The notes: generated by a model from the letters alone, not told the origin. DNA of 64,000 nt from a virus (IMGVR_UViG_3300050120_000156:7714-71713); one strand, 5' to 3'. Numbered from the stretch's first letter, positions 9,218 to 18,246 are shown. Made by a program: numbers and translations.

Positions 9218-9246
9218 ATATAGCCGAACCGGCCGGTTGCACTCAA
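9218..9246 (-). promoter_or_regulatory. promoter for tRNA-like RNA
   Basis: TTGAGT-N17-CTATAT, close to the rhizobial sigma70 consensus CTTGAC-N17-CTATAT. Confidence 0.6.
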
Positions 9247-9424
9247 CATCTTGTCATCGCGCGACCGCGCGTGTAATGATGCGCGCGGTGGTTACATTTC
9301 CGCGTGCCGTGGAAACCTCCGCTGACGCTTCGACGGCTGGAACGCTCCGGCAGCTCGACGCAAGGAATGGGTGCCTCGCTCGCCTCGAGCCGGGATGCCT
9401 GTCGCGTCGAACCGGAGCGCAGCC

Positions 9425-10336
9425 ATGAACCACGCCGACCTCCGCAAGCAAGGCCACAAGGATCACGACCGCAAGCTGCAGCACATGGCTGGCGGCGGTC
9501 ATGTCGAGCGCGGCGGCAAGGCGATGCTGGAACGCGCCATGCGCGAGGACCGCAAGGAAGATGCGGCCATGGTCAAGAAGGCCGTGGCGCAACACGAATC
9601 ACACGACCATCCCGGCAAGTCGAAGACCAAGCTGCACCTCGCGACGGGTGGCCGCGCCGAAGACGCCAAGGCGCCGGCGAGGCTCGACCGGAAGGGGTTG
9701 AAGACCGGCGGCCGCGCCAAGAAGGGCGGTCACACGAATGTCAATGTGATCGTTGCGCCCGGTCACGGTGGCCAGCCGATGCCGATCCCGGTTCCGATGG
9801 GTGCCGGGCCCGGCGGTCCGCCGCCGATGATGCCGCCGCCGGGTGCCGGTGGTCCGCCGCCCGGTTTGGGTGGGCCGCCTCCGGGCATGGGCGCCATGCC
9901 GCCCCGTCCGATGCCGGGTCCGCCCGTCGGCGCCGGCGTCCCCGGCATGGGGATGCGAGCTCGCGGTGGCCGCGCCGGCTACAAGGCCGGCGGCGCCGTC
10001 GACGGCGATCAAGAGAACAAGCCTGCGACCGGCAAGGGCCGCGGCGACCAAGTCGGCGGTGCCGGCGGTGCCGAGGGTCGCCTCGAGAAGATCAAAGACT
10101 ACGGCGCGATGTCCGACAAGGTCGAGCGGAAACGCGGTGGCCGCACCGGGCGCGACATGGGCGGTGCCGCCGACATGAAGGATGTCGCCGGCTCGGCGCC
10201 GTCCAGCGGCGCGCCGAACGCGCCGACGGGGCCGGGGAGTGCGTCCATGGGCAAGGATGCGCCGGCGGCGGCGAAGCCGATCGATGCGAATTCTCCCATC
10301 CTGGGCGCGCCGCACCGCCGCGGCGGTCGCGCCTGA
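9425..10336 (+). CDS. basic Gly/Pro-rich protein with repeated xxGGR(A/T) motifs (probable head-internal protein)
   Basis: GGAG SD; ATGGRA, KTGGRA, ARGGRA, KAGGAV, KRGGRT, RRGGRA. Confidence 0.8.
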   Translation: MNHADLRKQGHKDHDRKLQHMAGGGHVERGGKAMLERAMREDRKEDAAMVKKAVAQHESHDHPGKSKTKLHLATGGRAEDAKAPARLDRKGLKTGGRAKKGGHTNVNVIVAPGHGGQPMPIPVPMGAGPGGPPPMMPPPGAGGPPPGLGGPPPGMGAMPPRPMPGPPVGAGVPGMGMRARGGRAGYKAGGAVDGDQENKPATGKGRGDQVGGAGGAEGRLEKIKDYGAMSDKVERKRGGRTGRDMGGAADMKDVAGSAPSSGAPNAPTGPGSASMGKDAPAAAKPIDANSPILGAPHRRGGRA

Positions 10337-10551
10337 TGGCAGGCGATCGCGTCACCTCGGCGCCGCGCGGCAGTTGGCCCGACGCGCCGAAGGGCAACCA
10401 GGACGCGCTCCCCTGCGCGCCGCCGGAAGCCGCCGCCGACTACTACAAGAATCTCGACATCAACTCGGCGCGGGACAAGGCGAACGCCCGCGTCGCCGGT
10501 GTCGCGCAGTACAAGACCGGCGGCGAGCCCGGCCAGGGGAAGCGCCGCTGA
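10336..10551 (+). CDS. hypothetical protein (YKTGG motif)
   Basis: TGATG coupling; MAGDRVTSAP. Confidence 0.7.
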   Translation: MAGDRVTSAPRGSWPDAPKGNQDALPCAPPEAAADYYKNLDINSARDKANARVAGVAQYKTGGEPGQGKRR

Positions 10552-11081
10552 TGCCGGTGAAACTCAGCGCAATTGCCGAGTTGCTGGCTCCAGCCGTGAG
10601 CCATCTCTGCCCCGGTGGATATGTCGACATCGATTTCGACACCGATACTGTCGTGATGAAGATCGGAGCACAGAGCAGGCTCCTGGCGACGCGGATCGAG
10701 GTCGATGACAACGTCTATCAGGTGCGTGCGCAGGCGCGCATCAAGGCGTTCGCCGAGGACAAGCCGGAACCGACATTCGGCCCGATGGATTTCATCGGCA
10801 TCAAGCTCGGTCCGAACGGCATCGAGCCAACCGGCAAGGTGTCCGACGCGCCGCTGACCTACTTCTTCCCGACCTCGACCATCGATCAGTGCATCGCGCT
10901 CGTCGAGAAGGCCGCGCTGGATGCCCGGGCGCCGAACGGTCTCCGCGTCATCGTCGTCCCGGTCGAGCGGAAGCGCGCCATCGTCATGGAGGCGATCAGC
11001 AAGATGCTGCACGGCTCGCCGATCGACCTGCTCGAGGGCGACTACCTCTCCATCTACGACCGCGAGAAGCCGAAGACCTGA
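10551..11081 (+). CDS. hypothetical protein
   Basis: TGATG coupling; MPVKLSAIAE. Confidence 0.75.
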   Translation: MPVKLSAIAELLAPAVSHLCPGGYVDIDFDTDTVVMKIGAQSRLLATRIEVDDNVYQVRAQARIKAFAEDKPEPTFGPMDFIGIKLGPNGIEPTGKVSDAPLTYFFPTSTIDQCIALVEKAALDARAPNGLRVIVVPVERKRAIVMEAISKMLHGSPIDLLEGDYLSIYDREKPKT

Positions 11082-11090
11082 CTGCCGACT

Positions 11091-11109
11091 GCGGGCCGCG
11101 CCGGCTCGT
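11091..11109 (+). promoter_or_regulatory. GCGCC-loop hairpin (no clear promoter)
   Basis: GCGGGCC-GCGCC-GGCTCGT in intergenic gap. Confidence 0.45.
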
Positions 11110-11135
11110 TCAACCGCCCCACGCTGGAGCACACG

Positions 11136-11609
11136 ATGACCCTCGACGACATCACGCCACCCTCCAATTTCCTCGCGCTCAAGGCGATCTTCCGGTCGAT
11201 GCTGCCGCCGGGCTGGACGCAGCGCGACGGCTATCCGGGACCAACCACGGAGGTCAAAGGCGGCGGCGAGTATTGGGAAATCAGGGGTGGCGGTTCCACC
11301 GAAGCCGAAGCTGTCGGCGCGTGGTGGCGGAATTTCGTGTCCTGCGCCAAGGATTCCGATGGTCAGGAGATCGTCTGGCGGATTAGGCCGGAGCTCGAAT
11401 CGCACCGTGATTTTGCGTCACAGGAGATCGTCCATCGGGCCTATGCGCGACTGTTCCTCCCGACGAAGGTCTACCGCTGCCGGGACTGTGTCCCGCCAAA
11501 GATCTTCACCAGCAAGGCCGAGTACGACGAGCATTTTTCCGAGGTCGACCGCCGCCTCGCCGAGGTCGAGCATCTGCCCAGCGGCGATGTCATGGCGGAG
11601 TCGCCGTAA
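11136..11609 (+). CDS. hypothetical protein with C2H2-like tail
   Basis: GGAG SD; YRCRDC...FTSKAEYDEH. Confidence 0.7.
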   Translation: MTLDDITPPSNFLALKAIFRSMLPPGWTQRDGYPGPTTEVKGGGEYWEIRGGGSTEAEAVGAWWRNFVSCAKDSDGQEIVWRIRPELESHRDFASQEIVHRAYARLFLPTKVYRCRDCVPPKIFTSKAEYDEHFSEVDRRLAEVEHLPSGDVMAESP

Positions 11610-11809
11610 TGGCAGCCGGCGCCGAGTTCCTCCTCCTGCAGGAGATCCGCAAGCACGCCAAGCATCAGGTCGACACCCTCGTCAACCAATTGGCTGACGG
11701 CATTCCGACGAGCTACGAGCACTACCGGGAAAGCGTCGGATATCTGCGGGCATGGCGCGAAATCGTCGAGTACGCCGAGCAGCAAAACGAAATCTTCATG
11801 AGCAAATGA
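11609..11809 (+). CDS. small conserved protein preceding GroES-like gene
   Basis: TAATG coupling; LADG...YEHYRESVGYLRA pattern. Confidence 0.75.
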   Translation: MAAGAEFLLLQEIRKHAKHQVDTLVNQLADGIPTSYEHYRESVGYLRAWREIVEYAEQQNEIFMSK

Positions 11810-11817
11810 GGTCATCC

Positions 11818-12369
11818 ATGTCGACCACGAAAACCACCCGCCGTACCGCAGCCGGCGCCGCCGCGGCAAAACAGCCGGGTCTCGTCATGCCGCGCGACTT
11901 CACCGCCAAGGACATCGCCGCGGCGCGCGACCTCCCCGGTGCCAGGGCCAGCATCACCAACCTCTTCGGCGATCCCGTCGCCGAGGCGAAGAAGCTCTTC
12001 GCCAGGGTCGGCGATCTCTCCGGGCTCAAGCTATTCGGCAACCGCATCCTGGTCGCCAAGTTCGAGCGCACCACCGTCGGCAGTTCGGGAATGCTTTACG
12101 CCGCACCGAAGACGCAACTCGAGGATCAGTATCAGGGCAAGGTCGGGCTCGTCCTCAAGGTCGGCCCCACCGCCTTCGTCGATGATGACGCACACGGCAT
12201 CGTCTGGAACGGCGACGTCGTGAAGCCCGGCGACTGGGTCTTCTACGCCTATGCCGATGGCACCGACATGGATGTCTGCCCGATCGGCAGCACGGAGAAG
12301 GTGCACTGCAAGCTGCTCCGCGAGGGCGACATCAACGGCATCGTGCCGCGCCCCGATTTCCTGTTCTGA
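11818..12369 (+). CDS. GroES-like co-chaperonin
   Basis: LFGNRILV...SSGMLY...GLVLKVGPTAF...VKPGDWVFY...GDINGIV. Confidence 0.85.
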   Translation: MSTTKTTRRTAAGAAAAKQPGLVMPRDFTAKDIAAARDLPGARASITNLFGDPVAEAKKLFARVGDLSGLKLFGNRILVAKFERTTVGSSGMLYAAPKTQLEDQYQGKVGLVLKVGPTAFVDDDAHGIVWNGDVVKPGDWVFYAYADGTDMDVCPIGSTEKVHCKLLREGDINGIVPRPDFLF

Positions 12370-12382
12370 GAGGGGACCATTC

Positions 12383-13453
12383 ATGGCCGACGACGACATC
12401 GTCATCATCGACGCGCCGGACGACGAGGATCTCGTTGCTGGCGCGGCACCCGCAGGCGGCGCATCCGACGCGCCGGCCGACGGCATCGCCGAGTTGCGTC
12501 AGCAGCTCGCCAACGAGCAGGCGGCGAACCAGCGCAAGGATGCCGCTCTGGCGGCGTCCGAAGCCAGCCGGCGCGAGACCGAGCAGCGGTTGGCGGCGGC
12601 GGCCGGCGAGGTCCGCAATGCGTCGGTCGCGGTGCAGAGCGCCGAGCTCGACTCGATCGTCAACGCGCTCGCCGTCTCGGAAAGCGAGCTTGCCGGGCTG
12701 CAACGCGATCAGATCGCGGCGATGGAAGAGGGTGACTTCAAGAAGGCGGCCGATCTCAACATCAAGATCGGCAAGGCGAGCGCCCGGCAGATCCAGCTCG
12801 AGGACGGCAAGACCGAGCTCGAGCGTCGCCGCGAGGCGGCGGCATCGCAGCCAGCAGCGGTCGCGGTGCCACCCAACGTCATGGCGCAGCAGGAAGCCTA
12901 TATCGCCAGCCAGACGCCGCGCGTTGCGGCGTGGATGCGCGCCAATCCGCGTTTCTTCACCGACAAGGATTTCTCCGAGCGCGTCATGGCCGCGCATCAC
13001 AAGGCGCTGGGCAACCGCGTCCAGGCGGAAAGCGACGAGTATTTCCGGCTGATCGATCAGGAGGCCAGCGGTGCGCCGGTGATCGCTGCCGGGGCATCGG
13101 CACAGGCCGCCGGTGGCCGCGTCGTCGACAGTGGTGCGGCAGCGGCCGCCGACCAGCGCACCCATGCCGCCGCCGCAGCTGCTGCAGCGCAGCAGCCGGA
13201 GATGGGCCGCGTCGCCTCGAGCGCGACGCCGGCAGCGACCGTTGCGGCGGTTTCCGCCGGTCGCATCGCCTCGGCGGCGCCGTCGCGCGATGCGGTCAAC
13301 AGCGTCACGGCGCGCGGCGGCCAGACAACGGTGGCGCTGACCAGGGAAGAGCGTGAGTTCGCGCTCCAGAACGCGGACGAGAACGACCCCGATCCCATCA
13401 AGACCTATGCCCGCAACAAGCTCAAAATGCGCGAGATGGGCAAGACGTTTTAA
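12383..13453 (+). CDS. capsid scaffolding protein (probable)
   Basis: Coiled-coil N-half, AWMRANPRF, SDEYFRLID, C-terminal LTREEREFA..YARNK; position before capsid genes. Confidence 0.7.
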   Translation: MADDDIVIIDAPDDEDLVAGAAPAGGASDAPADGIAELRQQLANEQAANQRKDAALAASEASRRETEQRLAAAAGEVRNASVAVQSAELDSIVNALAVSESELAGLQRDQIAAMEEGDFKKAADLNIKIGKASARQIQLEDGKTELERRREAAASQPAAVAVPPNVMAQQEAYIASQTPRVAAWMRANPRFFTDKDFSERVMAAHHKALGNRVQAESDEYFRLIDQEASGAPVIAAGASAQAAGGRVVDSGAAAAADQRTHAAAAAAAAQQPEMGRVASSATPAATVAAVSAGRIASAAPSRDAVNSVTARGGQTTVALTREEREFALQNADENDPDPIKTYARNKLKMREMGKTF

Positions 13454-13467
13454 CCGAGGAGAGTTCG

Positions 13468-14148
13468 ATGGACGACAACACCAATGGCATCGCGCTGCCC
13501 GGTACCGAGATGGCAGCAGCGCATGCACCCAAGGCCCCCCGGAAGTCGGCACGGCCGCGCCGCTCCGCCGCCAAGAAGGTGCCGCGGCAGCCGGAACGCG
13601 ATACGCGATCGGCACCGCGGCAGGCCGCCGAGGATCCGCCGGAGCGCGTCATGCGTGCCGGCCGGCCGGCCGATGCGCGCTTCCAGCGGGCGCCGGTGCG
13701 CGAGGCGGCGGAGCCGGCGCAGCGGGAACGGCCGCGCGCCGATGGTCGCTTGACCCGCACCCGGAAGCGGTCGACCGACCCGCTCTTCATCGACAAGAAG
13801 ATCATCCCGCCGGGCTACAGCTACGAGTTCAAGGCGTTCAAGGCCTACGGTGAAGAGCAGGATGCGCATGTCCAGGGTCTGATGGAGAACCACTGGACGC
13901 CGGTGCCGAAGGGCCGCCATCCCGGCCTCGTCGTCCGTCACGGCGACCTCGTCCTGATGGAGCGGCCGGACTACCTGACGCAGGAAGCCAAGATCGAGGA
14001 TTACGAGATCGCGACGCAGCAGGTCGAGAGCGTCAACGGCAACCTCCGGACGGCGAAAGACGGGCAGGCGCCGCGCAACATCCCGGCGCTGGAGAACGTC
14101 CACAAGCACAACGTCACCTACGAGCGGTTGCCGATCCCGGAGGAGTGA
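13468..14148 (+). CDS. conserved head-module protein with Arg-rich N-terminus
   Basis: GAGGAG SD; IPPGYSYEFK...WTPVP...GDLVLMERP. Confidence 0.8.
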   Translation: MDDNTNGIALPGTEMAAAHAPKAPRKSARPRRSAAKKVPRQPERDTRSAPRQAAEDPPERVMRAGRPADARFQRAPVREAAEPAQRERPRADGRLTRTRKRSTDPLFIDKKIIPPGYSYEFKAFKAYGEEQDAHVQGLMENHWTPVPKGRHPGLVVRHGDLVLMERPDYLTQEAKIEDYEIATQQVESVNGNLRTAKDGQAPRNIPALENVHKHNVTYERLPIPEE

Positions 14149-14218
14149 TGCCGGCGGCGGCAATCCAGCACAAGATTGCCGCCTGCCGCGTGCTGAAACC
14201 GGGAACTTCGATTGCCGG

Positions 14219-14401
14219 TTGATCTCGCTAAATTCTTTTGCTAATGTTCGGTCATCGCCCCGCCCGGCGATGGTCTCAGGACCGCTCATCAACGGCGAGC
14301 CGCCGAAGATAAGCGAAATACGGTAGCCCGCCCGCTACCTCAACCCATCCCACTCCTCGCGGCGCCCGCGGTGGTCAGGATCTGACCCGCAGGGTATCGC
14401 G
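14219..14401 (+). promoter_or_regulatory. capsid-operon promoter and structured leader with CCGCCC-loop hairpins
   Basis: TTGATC-N17-TAATGT (14219-14247); CATCGCC-CCGCCC-GGCGATG (14253-14272); GGTAGC-CCGCCC-GCTACC (14322-14339). Confidence 0.6.
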
Positions 14402-15022
14402 ATGACCACCAACGTCTTCTCGCCGAATGGCTTCCAGTTCAGCCGCCGTGTCGATGGCGCCGCGCTGACCGATGCCCCGAAGACCTTCAAGATCGCGGCG
14501 GCCAATACGCACAGCTTCTTCAAGGGCGACCCCGTCATCGCGCTGTCCACCGGTTACATCGACCGGGTGGCGATCGGCTCGATTCCGACGCAGGGCACCC
14601 TCGGCATCTTCCAGGGCTGCAAGTACTACTCGACCGCGCAGCAGCGCACGGTCTGGTCGCCCCAGTTCCCCGGCGGCGACACCACGCAGGACATCACCGC
14701 CTACGTCCTGATCGATCCCGCCAACATCTACACCTGCTGGGTCGGCACCGGCGCCTCGTCTGCGGCCGGCGGCCCGGCGACGCAGGCCGATATCTTCGGC
14801 AACTACAACTGGCAGATCGGCACCGGGAACACGGCGAACGGCTTCTCCGGCGCGTATCTCGACTACGCCTCGTTCGCGACCACCCCGACCCTCCCCCTGA
14901 CCATCATCGGCATCGTGACCGATCCGCCCGGCGTCAACGGGACGGACGTCACCAGCGTCGGCAATCAGGTCGAGATCATCCTCAACCAGGCCTTCCTCAA
15001 GACGGGCACGACCGGCCTCTAA
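14402..15022 (+). CDS. capsid decoration / minor capsid protein
   Basis: NVFSPNGF...FFKGDPV...GIFQGCKY...AYVLIDP; directly before major capsid gene. Confidence 0.75.
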   Translation: MTTNVFSPNGFQFSRRVDGAALTDAPKTFKIAAANTHSFFKGDPVIALSTGYIDRVAIGSIPTQGTLGIFQGCKYYSTAQQRTVWSPQFPGGDTTQDITAYVLIDPANIYTCWVGTGASSAAGGPATQADIFGNYNWQIGTGNTANGFSGAYLDYASFATTPTLPLTIIGIVTDPPGVNGTDVTSVGNQVEIILNQAFLKTGTTGL

Positions 15023-15068
15023 GCGTAGCCGCGAGACCGATCACCGCTAGTAACAGGGAAACCGCACC

Positions 15069-15983
15069 ATGCCCGTCCAACTCTCTTCGATCGCCAACCT
15101 GCTCTTCCCGGGCCTCATGGAGGTCACCGGCAAGTACAAGCAGATCCCGCGGCAGTACGACAAGATCTTCGCCTTCCGGCGCTCGAACATGGCGCTGGAA
15201 CGCACCACGGAAATGGCGTTCCTCGGCCTTGCCAAGCAGAAGGCGGAGGGTGCGCCGACGTCGTTCGACAACAGCGCCGGCCAGCGCTTCACCTACAACC
15301 AGGAGCACATCGAGCTCGCCAGCGGCTACGCCATCACCCGCAAGGCGATCGATGACAACCTCTACAAGGCGCAGTTCCAGCCGTCGAACCTCGGCCTCAT
15401 GGAGGCCTTCGTCCAGACGAAGGAGATCTACGGCGCCAACGTCCTCAACACCGGCAACGTCCCCGACCCCAATGTCGGCGGCGACGGCCAGCCGCTGTTC
15501 TCGACGGTGCATCCGGTCGACACCGGCAGCTACGCCAACACGCCGTCCGTCCAGGCGGACCTCAACGAGACCTCGCTGCTCGCCGGCATGATCTCGATCC
15601 GGTCGCAGTTCCTCGACCAGCGCGGCCTCCGCATGTTCTCGCGCGCCAAGAAGCTGATCATCCCGTCCTCGCTCGAGCCGGTGGCGATCCGCCTGCTCAA
15701 CACCGAGCTGCGGCCCGGGACGGCGAACAACGATGTCAACGCGATCCGTAGCACCGCCGGCGGCCTCGCCGAGGGCTACATGGTCGACGACTACCTGACG
15801 TCGCCCTATGCGTGGTTCCTGCTGACCAACATCAGCGGCCTCAACTACATGCAGCGGGTCGATTATGAGACCGATATGCAGGTGGACTTCACCACGGATA
15901 ATCTCCTCGTGAAGGCGTATGAGCGCTTCAGCTTCAATTATTCGAATCCGCGCGCAGCGTATGGCAGCTTTCCGACTTCGTAA
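15069..15983 (+). CDS. major capsid protein (Mu gpT-like, HK97 fold)
   Basis: LLFPGL, KAEGA, ITRKAIDDNLY, QTKEIYGANVLN, GDGQPLFSTVHP, RPGTANNDVNA, YLTSPYAWFL, ERFSF. Confidence 0.92.
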   Translation: MPVQLSSIANLLFPGLMEVTGKYKQIPRQYDKIFAFRRSNMALERTTEMAFLGLAKQKAEGAPTSFDNSAGQRFTYNQEHIELASGYAITRKAIDDNLYKAQFQPSNLGLMEAFVQTKEIYGANVLNTGNVPDPNVGGDGQPLFSTVHPVDTGSYANTPSVQADLNETSLLAGMISIRSQFLDQRGLRMFSRAKKLIIPSSLEPVAIRLLNTELRPGTANNDVNAIRSTAGGLAEGYMVDDYLTSPYAWFLLTNISGLNYMQRVDYETDMQVDFTTDNLLVKAYERFSFNYSNPRAAYGSFPTS

Positions 15984-16054
15984 GGTTTGGGCAACGATTT
16001 CGCACCACTTATGTTAGTGTTCTATGATCGGAATCGGACACTAGCGAGGACCAA

Positions 16055-16435
16055 ATGAACGCACCGCACGATCCGCTGACCGCCGCCGCGCCGCCGACCG
16101 TCTGTATCGGTGGTTGCGGTCGCGCGCCGGTCGCGCGTGGCATGTGCCTCATGCACTACAAGCGGTTCGCCAAGCACGGCGACATCAACCACGTCTATCG
16201 TGACGGCCGCCGGAACCACCCCCTGTACTCCATCTGGCAGGCCAGCAAGCGGCGCGGCGTCATCGCCGGAGAGTGGATGGATTTCCGCAAGTTCGTCGCA
16301 GCCGTTGGGGAACGGCCGACGGCAGAATCGATGCTCGTCCGAAGGGATGCGTCGCTGCCGTATGGCCCTGACAATTTCTTCTGGAGAACCCCGCCGACGG
16401 CCGGCACCACCGGCCTCGTCGTCACCGCGTCGTAG
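16055..16435 (+). CDS. degenerate HNH-type endonuclease-like protein
   Basis: C..GC...ARGMCLMHYKR; HPLYSIW...EWMDF..F...GERP...LVRRDASLPYGPDNFFWRT (canonical IDRIDN..GY.P.NCRWAT altered). Confidence 0.65.
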   Translation: MNAPHDPLTAAAPPTVCIGGCGRAPVARGMCLMHYKRFAKHGDINHVYRDGRRNHPLYSIWQASKRRGVIAGEWMDFRKFVAAVGERPTAESMLVRRDASLPYGPDNFFWRTPPTAGTTGLVVTAS

Positions 16436-16500
16436 CGATTGCTTTCCCCCAGCGCAGTAGCGCCGGCCGAGCCCACGGATCCGGGCAGAGGAGTTCGACT

Positions 16501-16842
16501 ATGAGCCGAGCACGTCACCACGAAGAGAAGCGCGCCAAGGGCGGCATGGTCGAGCACGAGGCCGAGCCGAAGCCCTACAACGCCGAGGGCTCCAACGTCG
16601 AGGAAGAGGCCGAGGAGAAGGCGCATGGCGGCCGTGCGAAACGGCGCCGCGGCGGCAAGGCGATGGAGGTCGAGGGCGAGAAGGCGCACAAGCGCCTCGA
16701 TCGTGCGGAACGGAAACGCGGCGGCCGCGCGATGGGCGGCAACGCCACGGCGAACCCGATGAGCTCGGCCGACAAGATGACGCAGGCCGGAGGCCACAAG
16801 ACCGAGACCGGCAATGCCGACGGCGATGGAGACCGCCCCTAA
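16501..16842 (+). CDS. basic protein with xxGG repeats
   Basis: GAGGAG SD; RAKGG, KAHGG, RRRGG, RKRGG, RAMGG. Confidence 0.8.
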   Translation: MSRARHHEEKRAKGGMVEHEAEPKPYNAEGSNVEEEAEEKAHGGRAKRRRGGKAMEVEGEKAHKRLDRAERKRGGRAMGGNATANPMSSADKMTQAGGHKTETGNADGDGDRP

Positions 16843-17047
16843 CCGGGCCGCTGGCGGCCGCCTGACGGCGGCGGAACGGCGCGCGCTGCCGGGGAGTGAT
16901 TTCGCGCTACCCGGCGGTAGGTATCCGATTCCAGATCGCGGCCACGCCATCGCGGCGAAAGGCCGCGTGACGGAGTTCGGAACGCCGGAGGAAAAGGCCA
17001 AGGTCCGCGCGGCGGTCGCCCGCAAGTTTCCGGATCTCGGCGAGTGA
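16826..17047 (+). CDS. DUF6582-like small protein
   Basis: LTAAERRALPGSDFALPGGRYPIPDRGHAIAA. Confidence 0.75.
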   Translation: METAPNRAAGGRLTAAERRALPGSDFALPGGRYPIPDRGHAIAAKGRVTEFGTPEEKAKVRAAVARKFPDLGE

Positions 17048-17103
17048 GCATCGGCGGCGCGGCTTCGACAGGGGCCGCGCCGCGTTCGTAACGAGGACCG
17101 AGC

Positions 17104-17769
17104 ATGGCGCTGCCACAAGTCGTAACCAAGAGCCTCGTCGCGGCGAGCTCGAACAACATCGCGACGTCGCAGTCGCCGGGCGCCGCCGGGGCCCTGACGC
17201 TCAACGGGACGACGGTGAATGCGGCCGGCATCGCGGTGCTCGACACCGCCCGCCGCGTCCTCATCACCTCGGGCGGCAACGACAGCGGGAAAACCTTCAC
17301 GATCTCGGGCTACCCCGACGACAACATGAACACGCCGATCAGCGAGACGCTGGCCGGCGGCAATGCCGCTGCCGTCGCATCGCTGCGCGACTACAAGCGG
17401 ATCACCTCCGTCAAGATCTCCGCGGCATCGGCCGGCACCGTCATCGTCGGGACGAACACGGTCGGTTCGAGCCCGTGGAAGAACGTCAACTACAACTTTG
17501 GCCCGTCGAACGTCGCCTTCGGCTGCATCGTCAGCGGCGCCGTCAACTACACGATCGAGTACACATACGACGCGCTGAACAACGATCTGGCGCCGGCGTC
17601 TCCGCCGATCCCGAACCCCTGGCCGCACCCGACGCTGAATGCCGTCGCCGCGACGCAGGACGGCACGCTGGGCCCGGCGCCGATCACCGGCTGGCGGCTG
17701 ACCGTCAATTCCGGCACCGGCTCCGTCACCGCCACCGGCATCGCCGGCGGCATCATCAATCAGAGGTAG
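17104..17769 (+). CDS. virion structural protein
   Basis: GAGGA SD; LTLNG...RRVLITSGGNDSGKTFTISG...SETLAG; beta-rich. Confidence 0.8.
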   Translation: MALPQVVTKSLVAASSNNIATSQSPGAAGALTLNGTTVNAAGIAVLDTARRVLITSGGNDSGKTFTISGYPDDNMNTPISETLAGGNAAAVASLRDYKRITSVKISAASAGTVIVGTNTVGSSPWKNVNYNFGPSNVAFGCIVSGAVNYTIEYTYDALNNDLAPASPPIPNPWPHPTLNAVAATQDGTLGPAPITGWRLTVNSGTGSVTATGIAGGIINQR

Positions 17770-17772
17770 GCC

Positions 17773-18246
17773 ATGAAGCGGATCTTCATCAGCGCCGCTT
17801 GCGCCATCATCCTAGCGCTCGGCGGTCTTGCCGGAGGCATCCTCACGGGCATGGCACCGGCATGGGCCGCGCCGGCTACCTTCGTCATCATTCTTGATGC
17901 TCTGACAGGAAAGGCCTACTCGTCGACCAATCCTCTCCCGGTAGGCTCGGGGACGGTCACAGTTACCCAAACCGTCGTGACACTGACAGCCGCGACATCG
18001 CGGACACTGATCGCAGCAAATGCAAGCCGGAAATACCTCTTCTGGATGAACATCGGGACCGCTCCGATGACGGTGGCACCGGGAGCCGTAACCGTCACGG
18101 CAGGGCAAGGCGCGAACTTCGATCCGGGATCGTCCTCGAGCAATCAGGGCGGGACCTTCTCGATGGAAAACTCCTCCGTCTCTCAGCAAGCCTTCTCCGC
18201 CATCTCTACGGCAGGAACAACGGTTGTCGTGTGGGAGGGGCAGTAA
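17773..18246 (+). CDS. structural-like protein with N-terminal signal peptide
   Basis: MKR + hydrophobic stretch + AWA/APA; LIAANASRKYLFWMN. Confidence 0.75.
   Translation: MKRIFISAACAIILALGGLAGGILTGMAPAWAAPATFVIILDALTGKAYSSTNPLPVGSGTVTVTQTVVTLTAATSRTLIAANASRKYLFWMNIGTAPMTVAPGAVTVTAGQGANFDPGSSSSNQGGTFSMENSSVSQQAFSAISTAGTTVVVWEGQ

Noticed and set aside
17054-17083. Strong GC hairpin containing GCGCC
   Set aside because: GCGCC lies in the stem and the loop is GACA, so it is not a member of the pentaloop family; it lacks a U-tract, so it was not called a terminator
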